Of a stretch of DNA of 64,000 bases, positions 9,376 to 17,638 are shown in pieces. The stretch comes from Myxococcales bacterium. Its GTDB lineage: Bacteria > Myxococcota_A > UBA9042 > JABWCM01 > BTVJ01. The stretch is taken from the NCBI GenBank assembly GCA_045863395.1, contig BTVJ01000015.1, forward strand, positions 32,001 to 96,000, in the 5' to 3' direction. Position 1 is the first letter of the stretch. Each line of letters begins with the position of its first letter. The notes below the pieces were generated by a model. That model worked only from the letters and a program-made list of their open reading frames with translations. It was not told where the DNA came from and did no database searches. A program made the position numbers and the translations under genes.

Positions 9376-9546
9376 CGCCACAACTCCAGCGTTCCAGTGC
9401 GCCCCCGACAACGCCGGTGGGACGGAGTTTCCTGACGCTTGGATTCCTGGAGTCTGCCGGTGGGCAGGTGGCTGGCAACCGGGCTCAGACACCCGGTTCC
9501 CGGCACCGACTCAGATGCGCCCCCCCGTGTTGGTCCCCCCCCCGGG

Positions 9547-11166
9547 TCAGGGGCAGCCGAGATTCGGGCGCAGAAAGGCCGGCCGCTCCGTCAGGAACCG
9601 CAGGAGGTCGTCGGTGGCCTCGACGAACGCAGCGGCGTCCTCGTTGAGGTCCCGTTCGTCCTCCTGGACGTGGGCGGCGAGGTGCTCCCGGAAGCCGCGG
9701 ACCATGCCCGGCAGCCGCTCCTTCCAGACCGTCGATGCGAAGATCTCGCAGATGCGCGACTTCAGCGCCTTGCGCAGCTCCGGGTCGTTGACCACGAGGT
9801 GGATGAGCATGTTGAAGTAGCTGCTCGTGGGGTAGACAGGGTCCATGCCCTGGCGGAGCGTCCCCGTGTCGTACCACTCATCGACGACCAGCTTGTCGCA
9901 GACGGTGTCGTCGCCTTCGGCGTCATACAGACAGCCAAGCGTCAGGTCGAGGTCCCACGGCACGAAGGCCCACTTCACACCAGCGCCCGAGGGCAGCCGG
10001 GCGACCACGTAGTTCTTCTTCACGTGGTCGTGCCCCTGGATGGCCCCCATCACCGCCAGGTATCCCACGAGGCGGTCTACGTCGGCCTGCTCCCGGAGTC
10101 GCACAGTCTTCGTGTGATCGAGACTCGGCGATTCCTGATAGTCTCCCCACAGGGTCTCCTCTACGAAGGAGCGCAGATCTGAATAGTCGTCGGGGCCGCT
10201 CTGCTTGTCGTAGGCCTCGCGGTACGTCGCGTCGTCGGGGAGCGGGGTCAGCGTCGCGATGCCCTGCTGGGCCATCTTGTTGGGCGGATCCGCGTCGTAG
10301 AGCGGCGCATCCTTCGGGAGACCGCGCGCCTCGAGGAACGGCTCGCCGACCCGCTCCACCTCGGACATGAGGCCGTAGGGTTCCCCGTTGACGGACAGCC
10401 GAACGAAGCGGGTGCGGAACGTCGGCAGCGTCGTCAGGCGGCGGAACGTCTGAGCCGCGAGCGCGTTGCGGAGGTAGGTCGGATCGTTCCACTCCGCGCG
10501 GAGGTTGATCTTCCGCGAGTATCCCGGGTGCGCGGACTTCTTGGGAAACTCGATCCGAAACGACCGCTTCGGCGCGGACAGGCTCGATCCGCCGCGGAGC
10601 CTCACCTGGCCGTCGCCGTAGGTGGTGCCGCCGACCTCGATCACGCAGGGGTAGAGGTCCGTCTTGGACTCGTTGTCCACCAGCGCCTTGAAGTCGGCAG
10701 GAGCGATCAGGAGATTCCACCCTGGTACTGGCGGCAGACACGTCCCGTGGAGGCAGGTCTCGCCAGCTCGGCAGGGCGCGTCGCTCCCGCAGGCGCCACA
10801 CCAGCCGTCGGGGCGACAGGCGTCCAGGTCGCCGCAGTCGTCAACGCCGCCGCAGGGGCCGCATGTGCCCGCGTTGCAGCCGTGGCCGGCCGGGCACTGG
10901 AGTGCGCCCTCCGGGCAAGCGCCGCCCACGGGAGGCGGGCCTGGCGGCTGTGTGGGGCCGGAGTCCGGCGTCCCGCCCGGCGTGTCCAGCGAGCTGGACG
11001 GGCCCCCGCTGTCCGCCGAGTCCCCACCGCCCCCCTCCGGCGCCTCATGGTCGCGTGCCGGAACGCCACAAGCGACACAGAGCGCGAGGACGCTCCCGAA
11101 GAGAGTGGTCGAGCGCCGTGACGGTCCGCTGCCTCGTCGGCGATGGCCCAGGGCACACGGCGCCAT
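9547..11166 (-). CDS. CotH kinase family lipoprotein with Cys-rich N-terminal repeats
   Basis: VRLRGGSS, KRSFRIEF, DPTYLRN, VNGEPYGL..VE, D..KKNY, PWDLDLTLG. Lipobox-like LCVAC. Start uncertain (ATG 11166, or ATG 11280 which has an RBS). Confidence 0.8.
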   Translation of the reverse strand: MAPCALGHRRRGSGPSRRSTTLFGSVLALCVACGVPARDHEAPEGGGGDSADSGGPSSSLDTPGGTPDSGPTQPPGPPPVGGACPEGALQCPAGHGCNAGTCGPCGGVDDCGDLDACRPDGWCGACGSDAPCRAGETCLHGTCLPPVPGWNLLIAPADFKALVDNESKTDLYPCVIEVGGTTYGDGQVRLRGGSSLSAPKRSFRIEFPKKSAHPGYSRKINLRAEWNDPTYLRNALAAQTFRRLTTLPTFRTRFVRLSVNGEPYGLMSEVERVGEPFLEARGLPKDAPLYDADPPNKMAQQGIATLTPLPDDATYREAYDKQSGPDDYSDLRSFVEETLWGDYQESPSLDHTKTVRLREQADVDRLVGYLAVMGAIQGHDHVKKNYVVARLPSGAGVKWAFVPWDLDLTLGCLYDAEGDDTVCDKLVVDEWYDTGTLRQGMDPVYPTSSYFNMLIHLVVNDPELRKALKSRICEIFASTVWKERLPGMVRGFREHLAAHVQEDERDLNEDAAAFVEATDDLLRFLTERPAFLRPNLGCP

Positions 11167-11481
11167 CACACCCGGGCACTCGGCCTCGGAGAGGTCGGCG
11201 CAGGTCCCAGTCACATCTGCCTTCAACTTTCCACCTGGGGAGGCCCTCAGTTCCAGAGCCGCTCTGGCCCGCGCCGCCATGTGGTCCTCTCTGACGCCCC
11301 GTGGACCCAAGACGCCAATACGAATCGGCGATGACCGAGGCACCCCCGGGGGCGGTGCGAACCCGGGGCGTGCGGCTCGAACACGGGGCAGCAGCGCGCG
11401 GTGACGCAGGCTCGACCCCGGACCGCTGAACCCGTTGGCCCAAGGCCTCTCCGAGCGAGGTCCAGCGACGTCACGCTCCCC

Positions 11482-11931
11482 TCACTGTGCCACCTTGCGC
11501 GCCGTCATCGTGCAGTCTCCGCCGCCGCCGCAGCCTTCGCACTTCGTATCGCTGGTCGTCGTCTCGAACGTGAACTCGCACTCGTGGCAGGACTTGCCGC
11601 CACAGAGCAGCACCGTCTCTCCCATGGAGTCGTCGATCACGATGATGCTGCCCAGCGGGATCTTCACGGCGTTGATGTCCACGCCACTTCCGACCACTCC
11701 GACCTTCGTGGGGGTGAGCTGTACGAGCTTGAATCCCGGGGCAGCGACGAGCGCCTGCCCCTTCGCCGCGAGCTTCGCCTGCTGCAGGGTCGCTTGGACC
11801 GGCTTGACCTTGCCCGCCTTCAGCGGGACCTCGGTGACCACCTTCGGCTTCGGCTTCCCATCCGCAGCCCCGATCAGCGCGCCGCAGAGCGCGATCACGA
11901 CAGCCACTGTGAGCAATCCTCTCGTCGCCAT
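11482..11931 (-). CDS. Small secreted hypothetical protein with six C-terminal cysteines
   Basis: AGGAGAG RBS, signal peptide, typical GC3 codon bias. C-terminus CGGKSCHEC..CEGCGGGGDC. Confidence 0.7.
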   Translation of the reverse strand: MATRGLLTVAVVIALCGALIGAADGKPKPKVVTEVPLKAGKVKPVQATLQQAKLAAKGQALVAAPGFKLVQLTPTKVGVVGSGVDINAVKIPLGSIIVIDDSMGETVLLCGGKSCHECEFTFETTTSDTKCEGCGGGGDCTMTARKVAQ

Positions 11932-11962
11932 GTCTCTCCTCCGAGCGCGTGTGAGTGGAGCG

Positions 11963-11990
11963 AGCATAGCACTTGGACACGGCGAAGCAA
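11963..11990 (-). promoter_or_regulatory. Extended -10 sigma70-type promoter
   Basis: Minus strand TTGCTT-N16-TATGCT with the TGn extension, about 30 nt upstream of ATG 11931. Confidence 0.45.
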
Positions 11991-12001
11991 AGACCGCCGA
12001 C

Positions 12002-12228
12002 TTCGGCCTGTGCGTCCCGTACTTCCTGCTCACCACCGAGGTCCTGCCCCCGCGGTGGACCGCCGGACTGGTCTACCTCGCCGCCGGCGGCCTCGGCGGT
12101 CTGCGCTTCGACGTCGCCACGACCACCGTCACTCTCCGCCGCAGCACGCCGCTCGTGAGGCCGCGGTGCGTGGGGCTCAGCGACGCCCTCTCCGTCTCGA
12201 TCCTCGCCTGCACCATCGCCCGCCCTGG
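12002..12228 (+). pseudogene. Possible decayed EamA/DMT transporter fragment
   Basis: Translation FGLCVPYFLLTTEVLPPRWTAGLVYLAAGGLGG loosely resembles EamA N-termini. No start codon or RBS. Ends at the MITE-like insertion. Confidence 0.2.
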
Positions 12229-12389
12229 TAGGGCGTCGCCAGAGTGATGATGCAATCCGGAGGGTCGAGGCGCCCTGCCAGGCGCTCGGGCCAAGCGCAG
12301 GAGTACTCGGGGTATTTCAAGCCTGGTCCGGGCGTCTGGCGGGGATGGATCGGCCCTCCCGGTTGCATCATCAGTTCGGCGACGACCTA
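12229..12389. mobile_element. MITE-like non-autonomous element (161 bp)
   Basis: Imperfect 40-bp terminal inverted repeats (33/40 by hand): left TAGGGCGTCGCCAGAGTGATGATGCAATCCGGAGGGTCGA, right TCGGCCCTCCCGGTTGCATCATCAGTTCGGCGACGACCTA. Flanked by direct CTGG at 12225-12228 and 12390-12393. Confidence 0.75.
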
Positions 12390-12573
12390 CTGGTGCGGAC
12401 TGGATGCAGCGGCAGGTCTGACGGGCGTCCCAGAGCCCGCGACGCCGTCGCTCCAGGCGGCCCTCGCCGATGGGTCGTAACCGGCGCCCCGTGTACCGCC
12501 GGCTCGTCCTTGCGCTTCCACTCACCATGGCGCTATGACGCACTGTGTCATCGCACTGCACGAGGAGGTCATC

Positions 12574-14136
12574 ATGGACCGGACGGAGATGGCGAGGGTC
12601 GCGCTGTGGCCGCTGGACACCGCGCTGGGGGCTGCTGTCAACGGGCTGGAGCGTGCGGGGCTGCTGGCGCAGGCCTCGGGCACGGCCATGGCAGTCCTGA
12701 GGGGGAGCCTGCGCGCGATGCTGCGGCGCCAGAACGACCTGCTCGTCGAGGGGGCCGAGCACGTCCCGCCCGCGGGGGGCGTGATCTTTGCCTGCAACCA
12801 CCAGAGCTGGCTGGACGTCCAGGTGCTCGGGGCGGCCGCCCCGCGGAGGGTCCACTTCGTCGCCAAGTCCGAGTTCAAGGTGTGGCCGGCGCTCCGGCAC
12901 CTGGTGCGCCTGTCCGAGTCCGTGTTCGTCGACAGGGGCGGGGACGACCGCGCCCTCGCAGGCATCGCCGACGCGCTGCGCCGGGGCCAGGCGGTGGCCA
13001 TCTTCCCCGAGGGGACCATCCCGGGCGAGGAGGACATCCCGCGCACCGCCGTCGACCCGCGGACGGGGCTCCTGCGGGGGCACAGCGGGGTCGCGCGGCT
13101 GGCCATCGAGGCTGGGGTTCCCATCGTGCCCGTCGGCGTGTCGGGGACGGGGCGGGCGTTTCCACCGGAGGTCTACCCGCGACTGGAGCTCCTGCGCCTC
13201 CCCGCATCGACGCCCGTGCGCATCCGCTTCGGAGAGCCCATCCGCCCGGCATGGTGGAGCGGTCGCCCCGCTGGGCGCCCCCTGGCTCGGGAGCTGACCG
13301 ATCACGTCATGGAGCGCATCAGCGCGCTGGTGGACCATCGGGTGAGCTACGTGCCCATGGAGCTGCCGTTGCGGCCGGTGCCCCGCCACGACCGCATCGG
13401 CGTTCTGCTGCTGCACGGGTTCACCTCGGACGTCGCGGCGGTCGACGGCCTGCTCCCGCACCTCCGCGCGGCGAACATCGACGTGGAGCGTCCCGTGCTC
13501 CGCGGGCACGGCACCCACCACCTGGACCTGCGCGGGGTGACCGCAGCGCACTGGGTCACCGACGCGGAGCGGGCGATGGTGGCGTTGGCGAACAGAGTGG
13601 ACCGGGTGGTGGTCGTCGGCCTCTCCATGGGTGGCCTCGTCGCCCTGGAGCTGGCCCGGCGACACCCGCTGACCATCGCCGGCGTCGTCACCGTGGCCGC
13701 CGCCCTGCGCTTCGCGGATCCGCTCACCCCCATGGCGCCCCTCCTGGCGCGCCTGTTCCGCACCTGGCCGAGCCCCCGCGCCTTCAACGACCCGTCTCTG
13801 GCGGCGCACAGCCGCAACTACCCCCGGTTCGCGACGGACGCCTTCGCCTCGCTCCTCGCCTTCTCCCGCGAGGTGGAGTCGCGCCTCGGCGAGGTCCACG
13901 TCCCCATCCGGGTGCTCCAGAGCCGGAGGGACACCGTGATCGCGCCGGTCTCCGCCAACCTGGTCTACGAGAAGGTCGGCTCCGCCCACCGCGAGCTCCT
14001 GTGGTACGAGCAGAGCGGCCACGAGATGATGCAGGACCTGGAGGCGGACCAGGTCTTCGGGGACATCATGGACTTCGTGCTGCGGTTCCCGGCCCCACGC
14101 CACGACGCGCGCTCCCGGCGACGCCCCGCGGCCTGA
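12574..14136 (+). CDS. Fusion of PlsC-type acyltransferase and alpha/beta-hydrolase (carboxylesterase / monoacylglycerol lipase-like)
   Basis: GAGGAGG RBS. Acyltransferase motifs NHQSWLD (HX4D), FVDR, FPEGT. Hydrolase motifs LLLHGFTS, GLSMGG, D in SRRDTVI, H in SGHEM. Confidence 0.88.
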   Translation: MDRTEMARVALWPLDTALGAAVNGLERAGLLAQASGTAMAVLRGSLRAMLRRQNDLLVEGAEHVPPAGGVIFACNHQSWLDVQVLGAAAPRRVHFVAKSEFKVWPALRHLVRLSESVFVDRGGDDRALAGIADALRRGQAVAIFPEGTIPGEEDIPRTAVDPRTGLLRGHSGVARLAIEAGVPIVPVGVSGTGRAFPPEVYPRLELLRLPASTPVRIRFGEPIRPAWWSGRPAGRPLARELTDHVMERISALVDHRVSYVPMELPLRPVPRHDRIGVLLLHGFTSDVAAVDGLLPHLRAANIDVERPVLRGHGTHHLDLRGVTAAHWVTDAERAMVALANRVDRVVVVGLSMGGLVALELARRHPLTIAGVVTVAAALRFADPLTPMAPLLARLFRTWPSPRAFNDPSLAAHSRNYPRFATDAFASLLAFSREVESRLGEVHVPIRVLQSRRDTVIAPVSANLVYEKVGSAHRELLWYEQSGHEMMQDLEADQVFGDIMDFVLRFPAPRHDARSRRRPAA

Positions 14137-14181
14137 CGGCGGGCAACGCGAGCACTCCGAGGGGCCTCCCCCGGGGGGCAG

Positions 14182-15741
14182 TCACAGCACGAGGCGCCTC
14201 TCCGGGCTCCGGGTCTCGCCGGCGGCGACCACACGGACGGCCGGGGCCGCTACCGGGCACACCCACTCGCAGGTGCCGCAGCCGATGCACCGGGCGACGT
14301 CCACGTGAGGCACCAGGAGGTCGAGCGGGGGCGCGTCGCGCCGGGGTGCGGAGGCGAGCTCGAGCCAGATGGCCTTGGGCGACGTGGGGCAGTGCTCCTC
14401 GCACTTGCTGCACGGGGTGGCCGCCGCCCAGGGGAGGCAGCTCCCCCGGTCATGGAAGGCGGTGCCCATGCGGAGGGGCCCGTCGGAGGAGCCCCGGCGG
14501 TCCGCGAGGGTGAAGCGCGCGATGGCGCCGGTGGGGCAGACCCGCCCGCACACGTCGCAGTCTGGGTCGCAGTGCCCGAGGCTGAAGTCGGCCTTGGGCG
14601 TCCAGAGCCCGTCGAGGCCCGCCTCCAGCCAGGTCGGGGCGAGGACGCGCGTCGGGCAGGCCTTCACACACGCGCCGCACTTGACGCAGGCCGCGACGAA
14701 GGCGGGCTCGGCGAGGGCACCGGGCGGGCGGATGAGCGAGGGGACGGCGTGCTTGGCGGCGGCGCCCTGGCGCGAGCTGCGGGGATCGGAGCGGACGGCC
14801 AAGACCGCGGCGGCGCCAGCCCCGAGCGACAGGAGCGCGCTGCGGCGCCCGACGTCCACCAGGGCGCGCGAGCCCTCCGAGGGCGGCAGCCAGCGCACGG
14901 TGATCGCCTGGTGGGGGCAGATGGCGGTGCAGTTGAGGCACAGGACGCACTCCGACGCGAGCAGGGTCTCCTGCGGCTCGGCGGCGCCAGCACACACGGC
15001 CTGGCAGAGGTTGCAGCCGTTGCAGCGCTCGGGGTCCCGGTGGATGCGCAGCAGACTGAAGCGCGCCAGGAGGCCGAGCAGCGCGCCGAGCGGGCACAGG
15101 GCGCGGCAGAACCAGCGCGGGTGGGCGACGTTGGCGATGAGGACGGCCAGCAGCAGGAGACCCAGCAGCCAGCCCATGGGATATGCTCCGCTGGGGAACC
15201 ACACGGTGGCGCCAGGCGCGAACCCCACGGCGAGGCTCCTCCACAGGAGCGCGATGGGGTCCAGGAGCCCGGCCGCGTTGACCCCCAGGGCCGCGGCGAG
15301 CAGCAGGCCCGCGAGGACCAGATACTTCGACCGGTAGGCTGGGCGCCAGGCGTTGCGCGCCTGCTCGGCTGGTGCGGACCGGCGCGCGCGGAACATACGC
15401 CCCACCAGCGTGTTGAGCGCCCCGAGGGGGCAGAGCCAGGAGCAGAACACGCGGCCCAGCACGAGCGTGAGCAGCACGACGCAGAGCGCCAGGGCGAGGT
15501 CCGCGTAGAGGGTGCCGGTGGCGAGCGCCGTAGACAGGGCGACCAGCGGGTCCAGACGCAGCCAGACGGTGAGCGGTACGCCGGCGACGAAGGGCTCCAG
15601 GGTCAGGGCCAGCAGCGCAATGAAGGCGAGGAGCGTGGCGGACTGCCAGAGGACGCGCAGGGACCGCGCCGCGGCCCCGGGGCCACGCCATCGGATCCAG
15701 GCCGGCAGCGCCGTGGCCGCGCGCCCCAGGCGCCCCCTCAC
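14182..15741 (-). CDS. Membrane polyferredoxin (NapH/MauN-like membrane part fused to a NapG/MauM-like 4Fe-4S domain)
   Basis: Several TM helices, two CxxxCP motifs (FCSWLCP, FCRALCP), about six 4Fe-4S-type Cys motifs, IRPPGAL motif. Confidence 0.88.
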   Translation of the reverse strand: MRGRLGRAATALPAWIRWRGPGAAARSLRVLWQSATLLAFIALLALTLEPFVAGVPLTVWLRLDPLVALSTALATGTLYADLALALCVVLLTLVLGRVFCSWLCPLGALNTLVGRMFRARRSAPAEQARNAWRPAYRSKYLVLAGLLLAAALGVNAAGLLDPIALLWRSLAVGFAPGATVWFPSGAYPMGWLLGLLLLAVLIANVAHPRWFCRALCPLGALLGLLARFSLLRIHRDPERCNGCNLCQAVCAGAAEPQETLLASECVLCLNCTAICPHQAITVRWLPPSEGSRALVDVGRRSALLSLGAGAAAVLAVRSDPRSSRQGAAAKHAVPSLIRPPGALAEPAFVAACVKCGACVKACPTRVLAPTWLEAGLDGLWTPKADFSLGHCDPDCDVCGRVCPTGAIARFTLADRRGSSDGPLRMGTAFHDRGSCLPWAAATPCSKCEEHCPTSPKAIWLELASAPRRDAPPLDLLVPHVDVARCIGCGTCEWVCPVAAPAVRVVAAGETRSPERRLVL

Positions 15742-16685
15742 AGGCGGACCTCCCGCGGGGACAGGCTGCGCCAGTCCATCACGCCGAGCTTCCGGTCGCG
15801 GGCGAGGCGGAGGTGAGCGATGTCCTCCGCCTTTCGATCAATCTGCTCGGCGGCCCAGGCGTCGAGGGCCACCGGATCCACTCCGGCCGCCATCGCGTCC
15901 ATGCGGCGGACGTCGGAGAGGCGCCCCCCGGTAGGTCCGCTCCGCATCAGCACGCGGGTCGCGTCCAGCACCGTCAGCGTCGGTCGCACGGCCGCGGCCA
16001 GGTCGACGATGGAGGCGTCCAGATCGCCGTGCAGGAGCCCCCGGTCTCCCCCGGCGACGCCGAACAGGTTCTTCATGCCCGCGGTCAGAGTGCTCGACCC
16101 ATGGTGCTTGACCACGGGCACGTTGATCAGCTTGTCGGTCTCGTACAGCGCGTCGATCAGCGGCCACCGGCTGACGGCGTGGCCACCGACGAGAGTCTCC
16201 GAGGTCGACGCGTGGCGAATCACCGTAGCGCCCACCCGCCGCGCGGCCGCCTCGATGCCGCTGCGCTCGAAGGTGGCGTCGGCCGCGTTGCAGGGCACGT
16301 CCGTCACCACCACCTTGGACGCGCCCGCCTCCAGGCAGAGCTGGACCAGGGCCTCCACGACGTCGGGGTGGGTGTTGGCCCCCTGCTCGGGGGTCCGGTT
16401 CCAGGCGATGTTGGGCTTGACCAGCACGCGGTCACCCTTGGCCACGAACGCGCCCATGCCGCCGAGGGCCGCGATGACGGCGCGGGTCAGCGCCTTGGGA
16501 TCGGCGCCGTGGCCGATGGCGAGGCCGCGCGCGGTGTCCGCCGGGGCCAGCTTGGGCAGCTCCCGTGGCTTGGCGAGCACGTCCCGCTCGGCGCGCAGGC
16601 CGAGCCAGGTCAGGGCGCCTGCGCCGGCGCAGGCGAGGCCGCAGGCGGCGATGCGGAGAGCGGAGCGGCGGGTGATGTCACTCAT
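15738..16685 (-). CDS. DUF362 domain protein with twin-arginine-like signal
   Basis: GGAG RBS, ITRRSAL signal, VLVKPN, ANTHPDVV, PVVKHH..LTAGMKNLFG, DPVALD. Confidence 0.88.
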   Translation of the reverse strand: MSDITRRSALRIAACGLACAGAGALTWLGLRAERDVLAKPRELPKLAPADTARGLAIGHGADPKALTRAVIAALGGMGAFVAKGDRVLVKPNIAWNRTPEQGANTHPDVVEALVQLCLEAGASKVVVTDVPCNAADATFERSGIEAAARRVGATVIRHASTSETLVGGHAVSRWPLIDALYETDKLINVPVVKHHGSSTLTAGMKNLFGVAGGDRGLLHGDLDASIVDLAAAVRPTLTVLDATRVLMRSGPTGGRLSDVRRMDAMAAGVDPVALDAWAAEQIDRKAEDIAHLRLARDRKLGVMDWRSLSPREVRL

Positions 16686-17268
16686 GGGTGTCTCCAGGTG
16701 GGTGGAGCGCTGCACGGGCCAGCGCGGCCAGGTGCTCTGCGAGCCCGACCGGCTCGCCCCCGTTGTGGGTGACGCGCACGTAGATCCGACCCGAGCGGAC
16801 ATCGCCGCCCTGATCGTCGACGGCCCCCTCATCCCCGAGGGACGGCGTGCGCGGGCGGTCGGGTGCCACGTGCTCACCGAAGACGGCGCGGGCGTCCTCA
16901 GCAGAGCCGAGCTCGTAGCGCTCGACGGTCACGTCGACGCCGCGGACGCGCAGCGTCCTGAAGGAGGCGCGGGTGAGCCCGTGGCGGATGAACACGTCCG
17001 CGGCGCCGTTGATCTCCGTGTGGAGGGTGGCCGCGTCGAAGGAGCGCTCGGGGGCGGCGCGCAGGGCCGTGAGCAGGGGAGCCTCCGGGGTAGGCTCTTC
17101 CGGCGCGGGCGAGCCGGGCACGCCCCCGAGGGTCGCGACCACGAGGCCGAAGGCGCCGAGGCCCAGAGCGCCCGCGACGACCCCGGCGGCGGGACGACGC
17201 CACAGCAGCGCCAGGGCCAGACCCAGGGGCAGGGCCAGGAGCGCGGCGATCTGGAGCGCCTCGGCCAT
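16678..17268 (-). CDS. Membrane-anchored DUF6599-like protein
   Basis: GGAGG RBS and two N-terminal hydrophobic helices. RSFDAATLHTEINGAADVF..YELGSAEDA matches the DUF6599 pattern as I recall it. Overlaps the DUF362 start. Confidence 0.6.
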   Translation of the reverse strand: MAEALQIAALLALPLGLALALLWRRPAAGVVAGALGLGAFGLVVATLGGVPGSPAPEEPTPEAPLLTALRAAPERSFDAATLHTEINGAADVFIRHGLTRASFRTLRVRGVDVTVERYELGSAEDARAVFGEHVAPDRPRTPSLGDEGAVDDQGGDVRSGRIYVRVTHNGGEPVGLAEHLAALARAALHPPGDTHE

Positions 17269-17638
17269 CGCACCTCCCGCCGCACCGTCGCGCGGCCCGG
17301 TCAGCTTAGGACCCGTAGCCGCGCCGCTACAAGGAATCTCGACCCCTCACGACAGCCAGGCCCCCCCGTCGTAACCCGCGGCGCGCTGGACAGCGGGGGG
17401 GCTGCCGCGGAGGAGCCGGCGCAGGCTCCCTGGTGCCCCACGGGGAGCCACGCAGGGGGCTGCGGCGAAGCTCGCCCACCCCGTCCGTCGGGCACTGGAC
17501 CCCGAGGCCGACCAGAGGCGCGAGTGCCTGGTGCGGACCGCCGGGGCGCGGTGGGAGCGCAACGCCTCGCAGCGGGATCGAGAAACCTGCTATGGTGCCG
17601 CGTCCGCCCCGGTGCTCGGGGCGAGAGCTCGCGGAGGC

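Noticed and set aside
17280..17630. Hairpins in the 370-bp divergent intergenic region (for example GGCTCCC/GGGAGCC)
   Set aside because: Short G/C-only stems are expected by chance here, and I recognised no riboswitch consensus.
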